In this document: piece by piece, positions 28,089-36,501 of the stretch
How positions within the stretch are numbered: the first letter of the stretch is position 1
Layout of the letters: each line of letters opens with the position of its first letter
From: a virus
Taxonomy: Duplodnaviria > Caudoviricetes
Length of the DNA stretch: 36,501 bases
Reading direction: 5' to 3' (one strand)
Virus record (IMG/VR): IMGVR_UViG_3300017909_000121
Coordinates: 1-36,501 of that record
Made by a program: the position numbers and the translations under genes
Notes under the pieces: model-generated
What the model was told of the DNA's origin: nothing
The model's database searches: none
Seen by the model: only the letters and a program-made list of their open reading frames with translations

Positions 28089-28089
28089 T

Positions 28090-28711
28090 TTCCATATGGA
28101 ACTGTGTAGGAAAGACATAAGGTAGTGAGCGTAAAGCACAGCTGGTGGCTACACGCCTACACAGAAAGTTTCGCTAAGCGAGAGGATGTTGTTATTAGTA
28201 GTTTGATCTCTACCAATGCAGATATAACAGTGACGTTCTGCACATCCTCGAAGTTTCGTGATATAGGATGACGGTCCTATATCGGCTGACTGAATAATGT
28301 CTATACAGAGGCATAAGGTACACTGGAGATGAAGTATGAGCAAATGCTTGAGGTACTCGAAGGTGGTTGTAAGTAGGCAAATGATGAATGTATATCTGTA
28401 GCTGAAAGCATGAGGGTAATAACACTAATCCCTCGCCCTTGGCGAATTGAGTTTCCCCTGAGTTATGTAAGGTAAAACCTTCACCTAGCTAGGTTGATGG
28501 GGAATGTAGGTGCTGTATCAAATTATAATGAAAGGAAAATATGTTTGTGTATATCCTCCCACTATAAGCACCTTTATATATATGGTTGGGGAACAAGGGC
28601 AAAGCTCATTTCTGGTGTACGAACTTCTATGAGTATAAGCCATCCAGGAAAACCCATTAAATTATTCCTGGTTCATGAATTGACATGATATGAACAAAGC
28701 CATATATATAA
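28090..28711 (+). ncRNA. Candidate large structured non-coding RNA (~620 nt), family unassigned
   Basis: No credible CDS; at least 12 nested stems found by hand; strand inferred from the operon and G-U pairs. Confidence 0.6.
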
Positions 28712-28714
28712 CCT

Positions 28715-28936
28715 ATGGTATTTAAATCTCAATTAGATGAGTTAATAGAAACCTTAAACGACTATAGCACTTACTTAAAACAGTTTGGTTATGATACAGA
28801 TACTATATTCTGTGCATTTGCAGTAACAGCTATGTATCTAACTGGAGAAAAAAGCACTAAGAATATTGGTAAATCTATAAAGAAGAAAGTAGATAGTATT
28901 AGTGTTATCCAGAGTACTGGTCATACAATTCATTAG
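28715..28936 (+). CDS. Hypothetical protein, possibly leaderless
   Basis: 73 aa; TTGACA (28680-85)-17 bp-TATATA just upstream; overlaps the convergent gene. Confidence 0.6.
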   Translation: MVFKSQLDELIETLNDYSTYLKQFGYDTDTIFCAFAVTAMYLTGEKSTKNIGKSIKKKVDSISVIQSTGHTIH

Positions 28937-29186
28937 CATATTCTAACGCATCAAATTCATAGTATTCCCAAAATCTATTTTCTGGTTTATACTTACCCCA
29001 TGTCAGTTCCGAATGATGTTCAAAACATAAAGGTACTACAAGCTGATTAGATCTTTTGAATTGAACCTGAGAACCTCGTAAGTGATGAACATTCATGGGT
29101 GAATTAGATGTACAACCAGGTACGCAGCATCCATGCTGTATGATCTTGTTAAAATATTTTTTATCTTTAGATGTATATTTGCCCAT
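28905..29186 (-). CDS. Ref/HNH-like zinc-binding nuclease
   Basis: GCCVPGC...VHHLR...VVPLCFEHH motif. Confidence 0.7.
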   Translation of the reverse strand: MGKYTSKDKKYFNKIIQHGCCVPGCTSNSPMNVHHLRGSQVQFKRSNQLVVPLCFEHHSELTWGKYKPENRFWEYYEFDALEYANELYDQYSG

Positions 29187-29868
29187 CCCAAGAACCATCC
29201 TTCCTTAATAACATTGGTATTAAGTAAGGTACACCATTTATGATGCAACCACAAGATAGTATTGGTTTAGCTACATTGATTTTCATATATGCCATAGCAA
29301 GAGATGTTTTGTTTACAAGACAACCTACTGACATACCCCAGTTTAGATGGAAGTCATTACCTACATACTCTATATTTGACTGTGTGTGATAGTGTCCTTG
29401 AACTACCGAAGCAGACATTAATTGTACTGACTTAACAATGTTCTTAGATACTTGATGGGCAAAATATATTCTGCCTAGTCTGTTATTTTCCCAATGGTAC
29501 TCTTTCCATTTCCAACGAGATGATACATCAAGTATTTCATTGTAGTCTTTTAAGAAAAACTTAGACATTCCTTTTGCCATAGCTCTACGCAGTACCATAG
29601 ATCCATGATTAGATTCTAGTAATGTCATGTCTGGATACATCTTTTCTAGTTTCTTCATCCAGAACCTACCTACTTCTAGTTCATCCGCTGCCGAAGGAAG
29701 ATCTGGATTAATAACATGGCTTACATTGATGGAGTGCCAATCCATTTCATCACCGATATTAATTACTTTATCCCAATCATATCTGTTCTTTAGCTTGTTA
29801 AGGAAAGAAAAGCTATCAGGGTGGTGATATGGTATATGAAGGTCAGAAATGACCAAAATTTTATCCAT
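29167..29868 (-). CDS. Calcineurin-like metallophosphoesterase
   Basis: SDLH, GDEMD, SNH and GHYH motifs; start trimmed to MDKILVIS. Confidence 0.88.
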   Translation of the reverse strand: MDKILVISDLHIPYHHPDSFSFLNKLKNRYDWDKVINIGDEMDWHSINVSHVINPDLPSAADELEVGRFWMKKLEKMYPDMTLLESNHGSMVLRRAMAKGMSKFFLKDYNEILDVSSRWKWKEYHWENNRLGRIYFAHQVSKNIVKSVQLMSASVVQGHYHTQSNIEYVGNDFHLNWGMSVGCLVNKTSLAMAYMKINVAKPILSCGCIINGVPYLIPMLLRKDGSWDGQIYI

Positions 29869-29920
29869 ATTTCCTGTTTTAAGGACCGTAGGAGGGCTAT
29901 TTAATTTCTTCTTGTATGAT

Positions 29921-30301
29921 CTACTTCTCTTTTTTGAATTTGTCTGCGATTTTTTCACCTGATCTACCAATAGTATACCCTCCAATACCTACTAAGATAA
30001 TATTAAGCAGAGAATTTTGTACAGATTCTGGAATATTAGGTGCAGTATAACCGAACCAATGGGCTACCATTAAACCAGCAAAGACCAACATCATAATTGG
30101 TCGCCAGTTTCTTTGTAAGAATCCTCCTTGTGCTTCTGTCTGTATGATCTTTGCAGCACCTTCTAGTTCTGCTAGTTCACCAGCTATAATTTTCTCTTGA
30201 ACTTTGGCTTTGAGTTTGTCTGCCTCACCTTTATTGTCTACTACTTTGTCAATAGTTTTAAATACAGCACCAGCGACAGGACCGAGTAAGTTAAGCAACA
30301 T
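29921..30301 (-). CDS. Holin (3TM, GTA-release type)
   Basis: NWRP motif, TM segments and C-terminal GRSGEK; adjacent to the lysozyme gene. Confidence 0.8.
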   Translation of the reverse strand: MLLNLLGPVAGAVFKTIDKVVDNKGEADKLKAKVQEKIIAGELAELEGAAKIIQTEAQGGFLQRNWRPIMMLVFAGLMVAHWFGYTAPNIPESVQNSLLNIILVGIGGYTIGRSGEKIADKFKKEK

Positions 30302-30716
30302 CTATCTCCCTCATAATTAATGATAGTGCCGAAGCCCTATTCGGTGTTTGTTGATACCACAACGAAGAAATCATTTCATCCGAAGCATCTGTATACCTTT
30401 CTTCTCTAAGAGCAGATAACATATTTTTAAACTTTGATACACCACCTTCACCCATCTGATACACCATCTCAATAACAACTTCCCTAGCTGCAATATCAAT
30501 GTCGCAATCACCAAGAATCCTGTCAGCGCCATCACAAGCAATTTGGAAATCTTTCTCGAATAGAGCATCCCATCCATCTTGTGTTGTCGGTATATCTTCA
30601 CCAGGTATGATCTTATGTCCATACCCACCAGTTTCAAATCCCAGTGTATCTTTGTAAACAGTTGCTGAATAACCTTCATGTTCTTTAATCCTCGCTTTTA
30701 AATCTTCAAATGACAT
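30291..30716 (-). CDS. Endolysin, T4-type lysozyme (GH24-like)
   Basis: HEGYSATVYKDTLGFETGGYGH catalytic region; M.YQMG..GV..FKNM and SLWYQQTPNRA. Confidence 0.9.
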   Translation of the reverse strand: MSFEDLKARIKEHEGYSATVYKDTLGFETGGYGHKIIPGEDIPTTQDGWDALFEKDFQIACDGADRILGDCDIDIAAREVVIEMVYQMGEGGVSKFKNMLSALREERYTDASDEMISSLWYQQTPNRASALSLIMREIDVA

Positions 30717-30912
30717 TGTGTTCTTTCTGTGTACAAAATCCTGTAATGTACAAATCTGTTTTTTCTCTTAAACTGTATCTAAAGTTATCCACATATGCAA
30801 GACATTCCCCTACACTTCTGAACTCCTCAGTCAAAGGTTCTACTATACAAGTTTGATCTAATGGAGCAGTTAAAGACTGTATGCAAAAGACAATAATTAG
30901 GTATACTTTCAA
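30706..30912 (-). CDS. Small exported/Cys-containing hypothetical protein
   Basis: Hydrophobic N-terminus, four Cys; in the lysis region. Confidence 0.6.
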   Translation of the reverse strand: MKVYLIIVFCIQSLTAPLDQTCIVEPLTEEFRSVGECLAYVDNFRYSLREKTDLYITGFCTQKEHNVI

Positions 30913-31103
30913 TTAAACTGTGTCATGATTAATGCCAGTAGGTTAGAAAATACTAAGAATCCTACTGACCACATGACTTTTTTAATCATACCAATATCTG
31001 TTTCTATATGTTTCAGATGATTAGATTTAATAATTTCGATATCCTTTTTTATTAACAGGATATCTTTATCTAATTTATTTATTTTTTCAGATTGTGTTGC
31101 CAT
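30909..31103 (-). CDS. Coiled-coil plus C-terminal TM protein (XhlA-like architecture)
   Basis: NHLKHIE motif and a C-terminal hydrophobic helix. Confidence 0.6.
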   Translation of the reverse strand: MATQSEKINKLDKDILLIKKDIEIIKSNHLKHIETDIGMIKKVMWSVGFLVFSNLLALIMTQFN

Positions 31104-31395
31104 TCAAGTTACTATTTAGCTTAACTTGTGTTTGTTTGTCAAATGTTTCTATTAGTTCTTTATCTTTTAAATATTTTTCAAAATATTCTGCTTGTGCTTT
31201 ATTTTGTGCAACACAATCATCAATACTTTTTTCATTATATTTTTTTATCCATTCAGATTTTTCTTCTGTTCTAGCACTTAGTCTTTCAGTCAAAGTTTTA
31301 ATGACAATATCTTTTTCTTTGTTTTCTTCTCTTGCTTCTCTTAATTCTTTTTTTGCTTTTCTTAATAAACTTTCTACTTCTTTTAATGTAGCCAT
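31087..31395 (-). CDS. Hypothetical coiled-coil protein
   Basis: 102 aa, charged and helical. Confidence 0.6.
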   Translation of the reverse strand: MATLKEVESLLRKAKKELREAREENKEKDIVIKTLTERLSARTEEKSEWIKKYNEKSIDDCVAQNKAQAEYFEKYLKDKELIETFDKQTQVKLNSNLNGNTI

Positions 31396-31396
31396 A

Positions 31397-31621
31397 TTAT
31401 CCCTTTTTCCTTATAGATTTAATGAACTCATATTCTACACCATTAATTATTTTAATGTCAATCTCAGCTTCTACCTCTCCACACATAATCTGAGCATCTC
31501 TCATATTACGTTCCATAATTCTTTTATTCTTTAGACACTCACTCACAGAATCTTGGATTGTATGTTCTATTAATGCACCACCACTAAATAAACATAAGGC
31601 TAATACTGTTTTAATGACCAT
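31397..31621 (-). CDS. Small hypothetical protein
   Basis: 74 aa; SECLKNKR motif. Confidence 0.6.
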   Translation of the reverse strand: MVIKTVLALCLFSGGALIEHTIQDSVSECLKNKRIMERNMRDAQIMCGEVEAEIDIKIINGVEYEFIKSIRKKG

Positions 31622-31970
31622 TGTTTCTAATCTTATCCTTTAATGCTTCAATATCAGACAAGGCTTTTTCCATGTCTGTTTGTAATCTCATAATGTTTAC
31701 TTTGTTATGTGCCATATTTTCTAAATCTTCTACAACACCTTCTACCTGACCAGATATAAACTCTAACAGCATAAACTGTTCCTGATCTACTGGTGTTTGA
31801 TCTGCTGCTTTAACTAGATCAGCTTCAAATAATGTCTGTCTAGTTTCAATGGTATTTAATCTTTCAATAATACCAAAATATGCCCAGACAGCAGTCGCTG
31901 TTGCACCAATAAGACCTAATAGATTCTTTATAGGTAAACCTATTTCTGTCTTATCAGATAAACTAGGCAT
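31611..31970 (-). CDS. TM plus coiled-coil hypothetical protein
   Basis: N-terminal hydrophobic helix, DQEQFMLLE, C-terminal coiled-coil. Confidence 0.65.
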   Translation of the reverse strand: MPSLSDKTEIGLPIKNLLGLIGATATAVWAYFGIIERLNTIETRQTLFEADLVKAADQTPVDQEQFMLLEFISGQVEGVVEDLENMAHNKVNIMRLQTDMEKALSDIEALKDKIRNNGH

Positions 31971-32335
31971 TAGGGTTTAGGATATGTTGATTTGACTTCA
32001 GCTATTTTATCTTTCCAAGTCGTTGTGCCATTGACACTATCCCAGTATTGCATATCTAACTGGTCTTGTAAGGAAGGATAAGCACTGGCTCTATCTCTTT
32101 GATACTGATTGTTGTCATACTCAGTCTGGAGTAAGGCTTTCTCAGCACTGACTTCTGACCATGTATAAGGTTTTGTATCAGAGAAGATAGCAGTACCATT
32201 AGCATCTGCACCAGAAACATAATCAACACCACTGTTGTATTCTGCTTCATTGGTTGGCTCACCTCTAACAACAAACTCATGGTTTACACCACCCTTTTTG
32301 TTGAGAGATTGTATTGCTGTTGCTATGTCTGTCAT
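31970..32335 (-). CDS. Tail-fibre assembly/chaperone-like protein
   Basis: YQRDRASAYPSLQDQLDMQYWD...W...IAEVKSTYPK; follows a fibre-like gene. Confidence 0.6.
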   Translation of the reverse strand: MTDIATAIQSLNKKGGVNHEFVVRGEPTNEAEYNSGVDYVSGADANGTAIFSDTKPYTWSEVSAEKALLQTEYDNNQYQRDRASAYPSLQDQLDMQYWDSVNGTTTWKDKIAEVKSTYPKP

Positions 32336-32353
32336 TGTTTTCTCCTTTTAAAT

Positions 32354-32851
32354 TTATCCCGCTATTTCCATAGCTGTAATTGTTGAATCAGCGACATCTG
32401 GAAATCCACCTTGATTACCAGGTCTATTTAAATACATAATTCCCCCATTAGTTCTTGCTCTCAAACTATATTGTATTTGACTAGTTGTTGATGGTGAGTC
32501 TAACCAAGAAAATACTAAATTGTAAAATCTATAAACAGATTGTCCTTCTTGAGGTATTCTTATTACTGTATCTCCAATTATAGTTGTACTGTCCCTTTGT
32601 AAATCAAAATGAACATTAGCTGTTTGAGTATCAGAACCAACATAAGAATTAACTAATAAATAAACTTTACTAGATGTAGCACTTGGTGTGATGTTTACAT
32701 CTAATCCCATATCTGCAAATGAATTTGTATTATGAGCAGATGCACTAGAAAGCACAAAGTTTTGTACTTGTAAAACTTTCCCTGTATCAATCCCACTAGG
32801 CAAAGCAGTAACAGAACTGATTGATTGATTATTTAATCTGATTAATGCCAT
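32354..32851 (-). CDS. Short tail fibre / receptor-binding-like protein
   Basis: Start trimmed to MALIRL (TAATG coupling); GKVLQV...ITPSATSSKV...DSPSTTS domain. Confidence 0.65.
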   Translation of the reverse strand: MALIRLNNQSISSVTALPSGIDTGKVLQVQNFVLSSASAHNTNSFADMGLDVNITPSATSSKVYLLVNSYVGSDTQTANVHFDLQRDSTTIIGDTVIRIPQEGQSVYRFYNLVFSWLDSPSTTSQIQYSLRARTNGGIMYLNRPGNQGGFPDVADSTITAMEIAG

Positions 32852-33618
32852 TATGCTAGTACCTCCATTGCGTACATTAATGTACATACACTTCCATGAC
32901 CACCTATGCTAAAAGATGCACCACCATCAGATTTTTGTCTTAAAGTGTATGTTAAAGCTGATGTGCTTGAGGGTGAGTCAAGATAACTAAAACTTAACGC
33001 ACTACTTCTAACAGTTGCTCCTTCATGGCTTACCAATCCAGAAGCAGAACCAGATACATCACCATGCAAATCACCATAACCAGACCTATTAAGACTTAAA
33101 ATTCCTCTGCCTGTATCTACTTGCACTGTTGTATTTACATTAATTAAAACTTTACTACTTGTACTTGAAGGTGTGATAGAAACTGTAAATCCTGTGTTTG
33201 TATAACTAGATGATGTTGATACTGAAACAGTTGTATATGTAGCTTCTGTAATTTGACCAATCTTTCCTAAAGCCACTGAACTATCAATCTTACTAGCAGT
33301 TACTGCGTTGTTGCCTAACTTCGCTTCTGTAATTGCTCCGTCTGCCACAGTCGTAATTAACCCTGTACCATAATGTAATATCCAATCACAAGTATCACTT
33401 GCCGATACAGTGGTATCAAAGGTAATCGTTGATCCACTGACACTAAAGTTGCCTTGCTGTACCACACCACTAATACTAATCAATAAGTTATTAGCACTAG
33501 AAGGTACAAAGTTTACTGAGGATTTCTGTAAGGTGTAACTTGCTGAGCCGTCAAATGTTAAATTATCTAAAACTTCTACGTTGGATATGCTTTCAGTTCC
33601 TCTGCCTATATAACTCAT
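32851..33618 (-). CDS. Tail fibre / receptor-binding-like protein
   Basis: MSYIG N-terminus; VADGAITEAKLG repeat; C-terminal domain paralogous to 32354..32851. Confidence 0.7.
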   Translation of the reverse strand: MSYIGRGTESISNVEVLDNLTFDGSASYTLQKSSVNFVPSSANNLLISISGVVQQGNFSVSGSTITFDTTVSASDTCDWILHYGTGLITTVADGAITEAKLGNNAVTASKIDSSVALGKIGQITEATYTTVSVSTSSSYTNTGFTVSITPSSTSSKVLINVNTTVQVDTGRGILSLNRSGYGDLHGDVSGSASGLVSHEGATVRSSALSFSYLDSPSSTSALTYTLRQKSDGGASFSIGGHGSVCTLMYAMEVLA

Positions 33619-33620
33619 AA

Positions 33621-33914
33621 TTATGCCTCTGGTTTCTCTGGGAACTCTACAGCTTCAACATCTGCAACTGTCGATAATCCGTTAGTAATATCTCTTAATG
33701 CTTGTCTGTATGCTGTCATTTCAGCAGTCATGGTTTGGTCAGACAAAGCTAAGTAATCTGTTTTTGCTAGTAAGTGATTTCTATTTACTCTCAAATCTGA
33801 TAATGCTCTTTCAAATTGTGTGCTAGTGTTAAACTCTAATAATTCTTGAGCCGTTGGTTCTCTTACAGTTTCAACACCATTAGTGTTAAGTACTACTTTA
33901 CCTTCATTTGCCAT
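33621..33914 (-). CDS. Phage tail assembly chaperone
   Basis: LR..RN.LL..TD.....D......YRQALRDI....FP.KP signature. Confidence 0.8.
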   Translation of the reverse strand: MANEGKVVLNTNGVETVREPTAQELLEFNTSTQFERALSDLRVNRNHLLAKTDYLALSDQTMTAEMTAYRQALRDITNGLSTVADVEAVEFPEKPEA

Positions 33915-34522
33915 TAAGTTCTTTTCACTCCATATATAGTTACTTTTGCTCTACCACCAAAACTTGCTCCACCATCTAAGAAAAAATAAAATCCTGTGTG
34001 AGTTCTAGTGCCAAAGTCAGTAGCCATGCCACCACCTACACAAGTTGCACCATACCCATCATTTCTATAATAAGGGATATGATAATTAAAAGTTGTCATC
34101 ACAAGAGAATTTAATGGTTGATGCACCCATAAATAACCACCAGCACCTTGAGAAGTGCCTCCATAGTGTGTAACAGTTAGCCATGGATAAGAGTTTTGAT
34201 AAACTTGTGACACATCTGATGAGTTTGAATTAATTATGTGAGAATATCCTCTATAAACATTGTCTGATGTAGCACCTGTATCATTATAAAATTTAAACTT
34301 AAAATGACTTCCACCAGAGTTAGTACCTATGTTATCAAAAATTACTAAATAGGTGTCATAACTAGAAGTAAAAATAGGATTTATACCATAGGCAGTTCCA
34401 CTCATATCATAAGTTCCAATTTGAACTAAATTAGATACATCACCCGCACCACTCACAGTACCAGTAAAGGCATAAGTGTCTGCAAGGTTCATACTCTCTG
34501 CTTGTATTTTAGATAATGCCAT
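33914..34522 (-). CDS. Short tail fibre / receptor-binding-like protein
   Basis: MALSKI N-terminus; beta-rich domain ending TIYGVK; followed by a chaperone gene. Confidence 0.65.
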   Translation of the reverse strand: MALSKIQAESMNLADTYAFTGTVSGAGDVSNLVQIGTYDMSGTAYGINPIFTSSYDTYLVIFDNIGTNSGGSHFKFKFYNDTGATSDNVYRGYSHIINSNSSDVSQVYQNSYPWLTVTHYGGTSQGAGGYLWVHQPLNSLVMTTFNYHIPYYRNDGYGATCVGGGMATDFGTRTHTGFYFFLDGGASFGGRAKVTIYGVKRT

Positions 34523-34606
34523 TAGATACCAAATGCCTCCTTAATTTCATCTACTGTTAATCCTAAGTCTTGGAGTTTTTGTTTAGCAGATGCTTTTTTG
34601 TTTTCT
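34466..34606. repeat. Direct repeat A, copy 2
   Basis: Matches 1-141 with one mismatch. Confidence 0.95.
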
Positions 34607-34788
34607 ATTTCAGTAGCTTCTTGAATAGCTTGTTGTTTTTGTGCTTTGACTTCATCACTATCATCAAATGTTCCGTCAGGTTGTTTAACCATATCTGCAA
34701 ACACAGTATCAGCTACTTCTTCCCAACCTTCTACTGGTTGGTAGGATATCATTTTAACTATATTATTTTCTATTAATGCGTATTTCAT
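34522..34788 (-). CDS. Tail-fibre assembly/chaperone-like small protein (allele B)
   Basis: Start trimmed to MKYALIENN; only the C-terminal ~25 aa match 57..344. Confidence 0.6.
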   Translation of the reverse strand: MKYALIENNIVKMISYQPVEGWEEVADTVFADMVKQPDGTFDDSDEVKAQKQQAIQEATEIENKKASAKQKLQDLGLTVDEIKEAFGI

Positions 34789-34789
34789 T

Positions 34790-35632
34790 TTAAGATAACT
34801 TCCATATTTTAACTTCTGCAAAAATTTCATTAGTTCCTTGGTTTACATCTCTACCTAAACCATCACCAGCTTTTGAAGATGAAGTATAATGTCTTAGTTC
34901 AATATTTTTAGATGCACTTAAAGTAAATCTACCACTTAAAAAAGCATGACTTCCTTGTCCGCCATCAGAAGTAGCACTTCCCCCAAACAAAATATTACTA
35001 CCATCAGATTCATTATATAAAAATATTCTATGCTGATTAGTTTCATAAGCAGGTGCTGAAGCCTCAACATAATAAGTTCCTGAAGGTAATGTTATTTTAT
35101 TTGAAGATAAACTTGCTCCACTAATTTCATTAGTAAGAACAGTATTTAAATCTCTTATATTAAAAGAGCCAGATGCAGATGTACCACCAGATGTCGCATT
35201 AGACTTTTCATCTCTTACATGAAGTAGTTGTGTTTCAAAAATACCATTTACACTAGCACTACCACCTAAAGAAACAGCAGAGCCATTTAAAGTAATAGAT
35301 GAGTTAGCAAGTTTAGAGTTAGCAATACTTCCCGCTAACATATCGTTAGTAACAGAACCGACTGCGGGTGTAACTGTCTGAACTGCCTTGCCAAGAAAAA
35401 CACAATACATTGTATCAGATGCAGATGTGGCGGCACTGAGGGTTAATGCTGTGCCACTGGCTGTATAGGCGTAACTGCTTCCGGGTTCTTGTCTTACGTT
35501 ATTGATGAACAGAGCAATCTCATTCTCATTTGCCACAGAGTGGTCGAGGGTATAGCTAGTAGTTGCACTTGTGGTAAAGTGCTGTACTGCAAATGAGGTA
35601 TAAGCTAGAGCTGGTTCGTTTCCTATATACAT
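34790..35632 (-). CDS. Tail fibre / receptor-binding protein (allele B)
   Basis: MYIG N-terminus homologous to 344..1198; different C-terminal domain (LHVRDEKSNATSGG...ITLPSGTY). Confidence 0.7.
   Translation of the reverse strand: MYIGNEPALAYTSFAVQHFTTSATTSYTLDHSVANENEIALFINNVRQEPGSSYAYTASGTALTLSAATSASDTMYCVFLGKAVQTVTPAVGSVTNDMLAGSIANSKLANSSITLNGSAVSLGGSASVNGIFETQLLHVRDEKSNATSGGTSASGSFNIRDLNTVLTNEISGASLSSNKITLPSGTYYVEASAPAYETNQHRIFLYNESDGSNILFGGSATSDGGQGSHAFLSGRFTLSASKNIELRHYTSSSKAGDGLGRDVNQGTNEIFAEVKIWKLS
35254..35371. repeat. Direct repeat B, copy 2
   Basis: Identical to 826-943. Confidence 0.95.
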
Positions 35633-35955
35633 TATGAACTAATATCGTCTACAGCTGATACCCAGGCATCTACACTTGATGCAGTATCAGATTGAACTTT
35701 TAAAGCATCCCCAGATTGAACAACAAGTTTTCCTGTACCTAATACTTGTAAAGCACCACCCGCTGGAATAGGTGCGGCTTTCACAAGATAAATATCATTT
35801 GAACCATCATTAACATAAACATCTACATTAATTGCAGTTGTAAGAATATTTGTTATATGAATACCTACAAGTGTGTCGTAGCTATTAGCTGTAAACAATG
35901 TACTTGCAGCAGTTCCTATGTTGTTTCCCGTATATCTCCTAAAATTTTGAGCCAT
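35632..35955 (-). CDS. Small tail-associated structural protein (allele B)
   Basis: Homolog of 1198..1533. Confidence 0.6.
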   Translation of the reverse strand: MAQNFRRYTGNNIGTAASTLFTANSYDTLVGIHITNILTTAINVDVYVNDGSNDIYLVKAAPIPAGGALQVLGTGKLVVQSGDALKVQSDTASSVDAWVSAVDDISS

Positions 35956-35967
35956 TTTTTCTCCTTA

Positions 35968-36501
35968 CTATAATGCCACTCCCATGGCTATACTAAATCC
36001 TTTCGTTGCTAGTGTTGATGCATCAACAGCAGCTACTTGCCATGATGATCCATTATAAACTTTTAACTCATTACTGCTTGTATTGAAATATAAATCTCCA
36101 GCAGTTAGTGCATCTCCGTCATTATCTACTGTCGGATCAGATGACTTAGCTCCCAGGTATGTATCGTCAAAATTATCAGCCGCAGCTTCAGCAGCTGTTT
36201 GTGCAGCTTCGGCAGCTGTTTGAGCTGTTTGTGCAGCTGTAGCAGATGTAGCAGCATTTGTTGCTTGTGTTGTTGCTGTTGTTGCAGATGTTGCTGCATT
36301 AGTTTCAGATGTCGCTGCATTAGTAGCACTAGTAGCCGCTTCAGTAGCCTTTGTGGTGGCTGTAGTTGCATGACCAGAAGCTGTAGTTGCAGATGATGCT
36401 GCGTTAGTAGCAGATGTAGCGGCAGCTGTGGCAGATGTCGCTGCATTGGTTTCACTTGTTCCAGCATTAGTTTCGCTTGTGGCAGCCGCAGTTGCTGAGT
36501 T
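35968..36501 (-). CDS. 3' part of the tail fibre gene (allele B), truncated by the window edge, not in the ORF track
   Basis: Open frame NSATAAATSETNAG...DNFDDTYLGAKSSDPTVDNDGDALTAGDLYFN...TKGFSIAMGVAL*, homologous to 1545..2186. Confidence 0.9.
   Translation of the reverse strand, partial: NSATAAATSETNAGTSETNAATSATAAATSATNAASSATTASGHATTATTKATEAATSATNAATSETNAATSATTATTQATNAATSATAAQTAQTAAEAAQTAAEAAADNFDDTYLGAKSSDPTVDNDGDALTAGDLYFNTSSNELKVYNGSSWQVAAVDASTLATKGFSIAMGVAL

Noticed and set aside
28377-28475. GCA AAT GAT GAA (ANDE...) resembling a tmRNA resume tag inside the structured region
   Set aside because: The frame runs on (ANDECISVAESMR...) without an AA-stop ending, and I find no T-arm or alanine acceptor stem
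28149-28688. Short ORFs 28149..28343, 28210..28425 and 28494..28688
   Set aside because: No RBS, atypical composition and mutual overlap; better explained as chance frames in structured non-coding DNA
28090-28711. Group I/II intron, RNase P or retron as the identity of the structured region
   Set aside because: No interrupted gene, no recognisable catalytic-core consensus, and no reverse transcriptase in the window

Overview
A near-complete, AT-rich tailed-phage (podovirus-type) genome with a unit length of about 34.4 kb. The minus strand carries a BPP-1/T7-like virion module (terS, small basic proteins, terL, portal, scaffold, major capsid, tail adaptor and nozzle, three internal virion proteins, tail fibre). 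It also carries a tail-fibre/chaperone array and a lysis module (lysozyme, 3TM holin) followed by a metallophosphoesterase and a Ref/HNH-like nuclease. A plus-strand early operon encodes DUF932-like, DUF3310-like, YqaJ exonuclease, Rad52/Sak-like annealase and SSB proteins. I see no DNA polymerase, primase/helicase, RNA polymerase or integrase. Size, composition and gene content resemble marine HTVC010P-like pelagiphages (inference). Three things stand out. (1) A ~620-nt ORF-poor, densely base-paired region after ssb (28090-28711) is a candidate large structured ncRNA. (2) The two ends of the window cover the same ~2 kb tail locus as two different alleles, with 118-bp and 141-bp (near-)identical blocks bracketing an apparently unrelated receptor-binding-domain plus chaperone cassette. 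(3) A multi-stem leader/inverted-repeat element lies between terS and the early operon and can occlude the first ribosome-binding site.
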